Shown here piece by piece: positions 57,163 to 64,000 of a stretch of 64,000 nucleotides of DNA (positions within the stretch are counted from its first letter, which is position 1; each line of letters opens with the position of its first letter). The translations under genes were made by a program, and so were the position numbers. This DNA comes from Eledone cirrhosa (lineage: Eukaryota): assembly GCA_964016885.1 (NCBI GenBank), contig OZ024756.1, positions 4,216,001 through 4,280,000 of the forward strand, in the 5' to 3' direction. The notes under the pieces are model-generated. The model searched no databases, was not told where the DNA came from, and saw nothing but the letters and a program-made list of their open reading frames with translations.

Positions 57163-57344
57163 CTAACTGTACCAAGGATCTCACACATTTTCCAATATAT
57201 ATATATAGGCACCCGTTTTACGTGTGTTGTATTGCGAATAACTATGTGTATACTCTGGAAATATATCTTACATTGCCTAGTTAGTACGCTGAGATAGAAC
57301 CGGTCCTGGCATTGTTAAATATTCTGGGTCCGTCAACTCCTTAT

Positions 57345-57413
<69 letters not shown>

Positions 57414-57909
57414 TAATACAATAACAGAGATAGTTTAAAGCTAAACTCTGACTGGTAACCATCTCACTCAACAAACATTAGGTTATATTAAAATATAAAC
57501 CCAATTTAAGTATTTGGGGTGCTAACAATATGTATAATGTGGAAAAACCAGTTGTATTATTTTATGAGATATAATTAAAGTTAAAGTATATCTCTCTTTC
57601 CAAACAATTGTTTCATTATAAGTTTTCTACAAGTTTGGGAGAATGTTTCCAGTTTATGTAGAAGCCTAATATATATTCATGTAAGAATATATTTAGGTGG
57701 GCACTTATAAATCATCAGTGGAAGCCCATTAAACATTGATATAAGGAAACAATTTCTTACCGCTGTCAAAAATCATGTCCGTAAAGTAGCTCTCTCTCTC
57801 GCCTCGAATGACCGCCAAATTTGAAATTCCAGCAGTTTTTGACTGAGGAAGTATCATAGCGACACGAAGCGGGAAGGGGAGACAACTCACGAAATGAGGA
57901 AAAAAAATA

Positions 57910-58310
57910 ATATACACGCGGGTTAATTAGTTTTTTTGAAAACATTATCAATCCAACGTGTTTAAGAACTCAATTGAAAATAAAAAAATAAATATATGCT
58001 TGTATAAATTACACACGCATATAGATATTTTCTTAGGCTAAATCAGAAGTTGTACCCGAATAAGAACCGCTTCTCATAACCGCAGTAAATGCAGAAAGTT
58101 ATGCTATAAAGGGCAAATGTGAATATAATTCTCCGGCCGAATTATTAAGAGTAAAATATAAAACACACGCGGGTTAATTAGTTATTTCAAAACCAACATT
58201 AATTCCTCGTGTAAAGAACTCAATTAATAAAAGAAAATAAATACATATATGTATGTAATTATATACGTAGGCATATATATATTTTTTCCTAGGCTAAAAA
58301 ACAGAGAAGT

Positions 58311-58312
<2 letters not shown>
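57910..58312. repeat. Diverged direct duplication (~250-bp period)
   Basis: acacgcgggttaattagtt...aagaactcaatt...taggctaaa..agaagtt occurs at ~57914 and ~58165. Confidence 0.65.
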
Positions 58313-58364
<52 letters not shown>

Positions 58365-58549
58365 CGTGAAACTACTAAACCTTTGTTTGTACTGCCTCTC
58401 TGTTTTCGTTCCAGTTTTCACTATATATATATATTATTATTTTAAATATTTACGGTCTAGCAAATTTATTGTAGTATTGCTAGTATTGTTAGTATTGTTA
58501 TTATTGTTCTGATTTAATACCACTACTATATATAGAAGCCATGCTTGTG

Positions 58550-58900
58550 TATTCCCTTCATTCTCGCACGCTGTGATGAACTGACTGGTTATAACAAAGT
58601 ATTGGTGATCGATTGACGCAAAATCAGGCGAGTAGCGATCTCTAGACCTACCAGTACAGAGAAACAATTGTCAGCAGTGTGAATAAAGCCCTTATTGTAT
58701 AGCAAACCATGTCACTCTTCTTTCTTGATTTATTATTACTCCAAGTGTAAACTACATAGAAATCACCGCGTACTCGCAGCATCACTATGGAGACGTCTTG
58801 TTGAGTCAAACTTAGCCAAGCACTAATACTATCCACTACTCGGAGTACCATAACTGGACTACATCTAAATGGACTACCTATAACAATAAATTGTTATCCC
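58550..58900 (+). mobile_element. Monomer of the 3436-3760 HHR family (core mutated to GTGATGA)
   Basis: Colinear similarity to 3436-3760; GAAA-caattg-TC-agc is retained. Confidence 0.75.
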
Positions 58901-58925
58901 GTATATATATATATGTATATATATA

Positions 58926-59254
58926 TTTCGTTTCTGAATTTGTTTAGCAAGATTCTTTATCTGAAAACGTGTGTTGAAACCGATATTGTTATACTTTGGG
59001 AGGGTCATGTGGCCAATAAGAAACACACGCACCAGTGCTTTCACTTCAATTTATTATAATAAATTTATAAATTTAGGAATTTATAAATTTCCGGCTTGTT
59101 GGTTGGTTCCACAACCAGCTGATTGTTTATATATTGTCACAGTTCTTTCGTCACACATTATGTGACCTCTTCAGTGACTGAGGATTCTTTTCTTTGTTTT
59201 TGTGCCTCTCCTTTGTTCTGTCCTACGCCATCTTGTTTTTTCAAAAAACAAGAT

Positions 59255-59260
<6 letters not shown>
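58926..59260 (-). mobile_element. Solo pLTR of the 14.9-18.1 kb PLE family with 18-bp 5' hairpin
   Basis: Matches 14861-15185. HHR-like motif at ~59136-59179. Terminal palindrome tacgccatcttgtttttt c aaaaaacaagatggcata. Confidence 0.85.
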
Positions 59261-59329
<69 letters not shown>

Positions 59330-59416
59330 CGATTTCAGTAGTTTTGCTACTACACACGTTATTCCGTGTATGTATTTATGTGATATGTCTGTATATCTAA
59401 ACGGGAGAGAGTGTGC

Positions 59417-59503
<87 letters not shown>

Positions 59504-59830
59504 TATTCATTATATGTGTGTATGGTGTGTATATGCGTGTGCAAGCCAGCATGTTTGTGTAAATGTGTGTGTGTGAAGCACGGTGTGGGTATTTTTGACA
59601 GAGAAACTAGATACGCTTTACCTACATATGCTGCATAGATTTCTCAACGAACTATGTTCCAAATTGTTAATTGGCCGGAAAAAACTATATTTGTGGATAT
59701 TTCTACATGTTCTGTATAAACCTTTAAGAGGTTTCTCATCTTACGAAAACATCATTTTTTTCCGATGTCCATCACATCTGTTTTTCAGGGAGGTGCTGTC
59801 AATCAATGCACAACCGTATGTATATGTATG

Positions 59831-59911
<81 letters not shown>

Positions 59912-60061
59912 GTGTGTGTGTGTGTAAATGATAATACATACACGCACACACAAAAAATGCACTCAAACACTAGCATATACGTACAGTTATTTACAGGGAT
60001 ACGCACTTACATATACATATGCACAGACATACATATATTTACATCTATATATATATATATG

Positions 60062-60124
<63 letters not shown>

Positions 60125-60253
60125 CATAGATATATATGTATTTACATACATATACATATATATATATATATGTAAACATATATATTTATATATTTATATA
60201 TATATATATAACATATGTATTATATATATAAATATATATATATATACATATGC

Positions 60254-60322
<69 letters not shown>

Positions 60323-61314
60323 TGTCATTTCCGCGACACTCCCCATGTTGATCAACTCCAGCATGACCAATAACACTTCCTTTACTTCTCTACGACCTCA
60401 CCTCATCCCTCACCCCACCCTCACCCCGATTGCTACCCCCACGCTACTATAACCACCTTTATTATATTCTCCACCCCCTCCCAGCTGCAGCCACAGCTGT
60501 CTTCACATCATCACCACCATCACTATAATCATCACCAACATCACCATCTTCTCGTCACCAGCCATACCAACCATCCCCAGACCTTCCAGAAACAGAGGCC
60601 TATCTTCTCTAAATCGGACGCCAGCGTCATTAAACACGGCGAACAAACATTATGTAATGTTGCATCTGAAATCCTATAATATTTTCGGGATGTTCACGGT
60701 TGGAATACTTTTGGTCATATATCTAGTGACTAAACATCACTCAGCTACCTTCAGATATTTTGGTTTTGGTTAATTGGGGGGACTAAAGAGCCCGTGGTCT
60801 TCTTCGTGATCGGTGAGAGTCTCGGGGGGTGGTTATTGATAAATTCACAGACTTGTTTCGATTGCTTATAACAGTAAACTTCCTGAAAGGAAGCTAACCG
60901 CCATTTTCTAGTGTTAAAATGGACGACAAATTAAGTCTGCCATTTTTATATGTGACATCAATAATGTCCCAGATATTTGAGCAGTGATTATATGTTGAAC
61001 TTGAGTTGTGAAAGTAAGTGACTTAAGTATTTAGGAAGTTCTGCTCACATTACTTAGCTCCAGAGTTCGATTCCCAGCGGAGAGTTGTGTCCTTAAGCAA
61101 GATACTTTATTTCACGTTGCTCCAATCTACTAAGCTTGCAAAAAGAGGTATGGCTCAGTCATTTTGTAAGTTCGAATATAGCCGTTGACTCATTATTGTA
61201 TTCCTAACACAAAGTACCATGGCTCCGATTTTCTCTTCTCCTTTTTGTAGAGGAGATATCGTAAAACTCTGTGTAACGACTGGAAGAAGCTTCAATTTCG
61301 TTATATATATATAT

Positions 61315-61461
61315 AAAGAGTTGGTGTTTCATCATAACATATTTAATAACATATTACATATGTTTCACATATGATCAATAATAGATCGATCCTCGAGCTG
61401 ATCGACAGTGAAACATATGTAATATGTTATTAAATACGCTATGATATAACACTCACTCTTT
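61315..61461. repeat. Short palindrome with HHR 3' halves
   Basis: GAAA-catatg-TA-atatgttattaaata occurs on both strands. Shares agatcga..gagctgatc with the 30.7 kb element. Confidence 0.6.
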
Positions 61462-61561
61462 GTTACTTTATTCTTATAATATTATACTCTGTTCTGCGCG
61501 AGCATCGAGTGCTCACCCGGCATACCGCCTACCGACGAAATTTCCTTGCACCTAGACACCA

Positions 61562-61702
<141 letters not shown>

Positions 61703-61854
61703 GAAAGAGGATTAACATGGTTGGATGTACAATAAGGGCTTTATTTAAAGTACTAACAATTGTTTCGTTGATCAGGTGTGTCTAGACTATCCACGACGCG
61801 GAGTACTCTAACTGGATTACATCTAACTGGATTACCTATAACGATAACTTGTTA

Positions 61855-61967
<113 letters not shown>

Positions 61968-62026
61968 TCCGTTTCCGCCCTGCCGTCTCATCAATCTTTC
62001 TATTACTTCTTTAATTTCTCAATCTA

Positions 62027-62060
62027 TTTTCTGATGAAGAACTAGTCCGAAACGTTAAGA
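62027..62060 (+). ncRNA. Ultra-minimal hammerhead motif
   Basis: tttt-CTGATGA-agaac ta gtcc-GAAA-cg-TT-aaga. Confidence 0.55.
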
Positions 62061-62329
62061 CACTTTTCATACTACATCAAGCGTAAAATTAATAATATAT
62101 TTCTTCAATGTAGTGTTTCATTTGCTTTGTTAATTCTGTTTACCTTTTGCATATCTATCTAAACACACTATTTTTCAAAATTTTCTAGCGTCTGTAATAA
62201 CGGTCTGTTCAATATATCCCTGGTAAGGTATACCTTGTGAAATTTCGAGTTTTGTTCCACATGCCGACTGTAAGCTAAAGTTAAAGGTTTATATTTCGGG
62301 TATGTCACTATCTTATACATCAAATATTA

Positions 62330-62389
62330 TATTTTATCTGATGAAAGCATACCATAATTTGGCATCCTTGAAATGCGTATAATAAAATA
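62330..62389 (+). ncRNA. Type-I hammerhead ribozyme
   Basis: tattttat-CTGATGA-[imperfect stem II]-GAAA-tgcgta-TA-ataaaata. Perfect 8-bp stem I. Confidence 0.75.
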
Positions 62390-62589
62390 AATGTGATGCT
62401 ATGCTGATATTTTCCATTTATTACTATTAATAATATATATATATATATATATATATAGGAACAAGTAAGACCCCTACGGCTGAGCTCAAGCCGTTTCGAC
62501 TATTACCCACTCTACTACCCTAAGTATTGAGTACTTTGGTGCGTTTGGTGCGTTATGGTCCACCTGGTTCCTTACCACATTTCCTTCGT

Positions 62590-62717
<128 letters not shown>

Positions 62718-62746
62718 AACCTGGTTCCTTACCACATTTCCTTCGT

Positions 62747-62804
<58 letters not shown>

Positions 62805-63335
62805 AAAGTTTACATATATATATACATACACATACATATACGTGTTTTGCCAGAAATAATAACAGAACACACTTACTGTTTCGCAGGTTTTCACTTCTAT
62901 ATCTTTTATATCTCCATAGTTAATTCATTTGGTACTCAATGTTTATCATTGACTGACCAACGGTAAAAATACAGATATAATATAGATATAAACACATATA
63001 TATTGTCTAACAAAGTTCTTTCGTTGCACATCTGCAACATCATCAGTGGTACTATTATGTTCCTATATAAATGTGTGTGTGTGTATCGAATTTGAAGATG
63101 GCTAACTAACAACAACACGTACTTTCTACGTCGCCCTAATTTATAAACTCTCGTTTGCCTTCCTGTTTCTAATTTCCTCTCCGAAATATACTCCCTTTTC
63201 ACTCTCAAGTTATCTTCCACTGTATAAAATCGCCCGGAAAGTTAGGAGTCTTTTCAAAATGCAACAAACCCTTAAACTCATATATTAACATTCTGTTGTT
63301 TTGTTCTCCTTAGTTGTTTTTCTTTGTTGACTTTT

Positions 63336-63369
<34 letters not shown>

Positions 63370-63384
63370 AATATATATATATAT

Positions 63385-63440
<56 letters not shown>

Positions 63441-64000
63441 GTATATATGCATATATATATGTATATGTATATATATATCTATATATATATATATACATAT
63501 ACATATATGTGAAGGCGTGTGGCTGAGTGGTTAGAGAATTGGATTCGCAATCGTAAGGTTGTGAGTTCGATTCCTGGACCAGGAATCGATGCCTTATGTC
63601 CTTGAGCAAGACACTTTACTTCACGTTGCTCCTTCTACCTGGAGTTGCGACCGATAGATAGTATTAGCAATTGGAAAGACCAACGGAAACATTGTTCCCT
63701 CGGTCCGATTTGACGAAAGTCGATCGTTCCTATATATATATATATATATATAGATATATATATAGATATATAGTCCAACCCTTGCAAGCAGGGAAAAGCG
63801 GACGTAAAATGAAATGATGATGAATGATGATATATATCCAGGGAGTGTAACTTGGAGTTACTGTAGGTTCACCCGGGTGAGCAATCGATGTTTAGGTTCA
63901 CTTCTGTGATGAGGTGTAGAGCTATACAGAGTGTATTATAGTGAAAAGTTAACAAGGACGATTGGTTACTCCTTTATTACATTTATTAGTCGGTCACGCG

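Noticed and set aside
63900-63960. GTGATGAG..GAAA hammerhead
   Set aside because: The core is mismatched and there is no convincing stem I or III.

Overview
This is AT-rich, microsatellite-saturated eukaryotic DNA, almost entirely non-coding. The SINE and repeat complement resembles a coleoid cephalopod such as Octopus (inference). No complete host gene is recognisable, and nearly all listed ORFs are (TA)n/(TG)n/(GTA)n artefacts. Autonomous-type retroelement remnants are several Penelope-like elements (PLEs; RT and/or GIY-YIG endonuclease, one near full-length at 32.6-37.4 kb), an R4/Dong-type RLE LINE in (TAA)n, and a Tx1/L1-type LINE tail. There are also many copies of two tRNA-derived SINE families, hAT and TA-flanked MITEs, minisatellites and a 115-bp satellite. 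The most striking hidden signal is a swarm of minimal type-I hammerhead ribozyme (HHR) motifs: about 20 motifs from at least 10 unrelated sequence families. They sit in short non-coding units inserted mostly in (TA)n. Most have a palindromic stem-III loop, some have variant cores (CAGAAGA; UUGAGAA), and the units repeatedly carry a 5' snap-back inverted duplication that creates long near-perfect palindromes. One SINE shows the same snap-back signature. All structures were read by eye and none was computationally folded.
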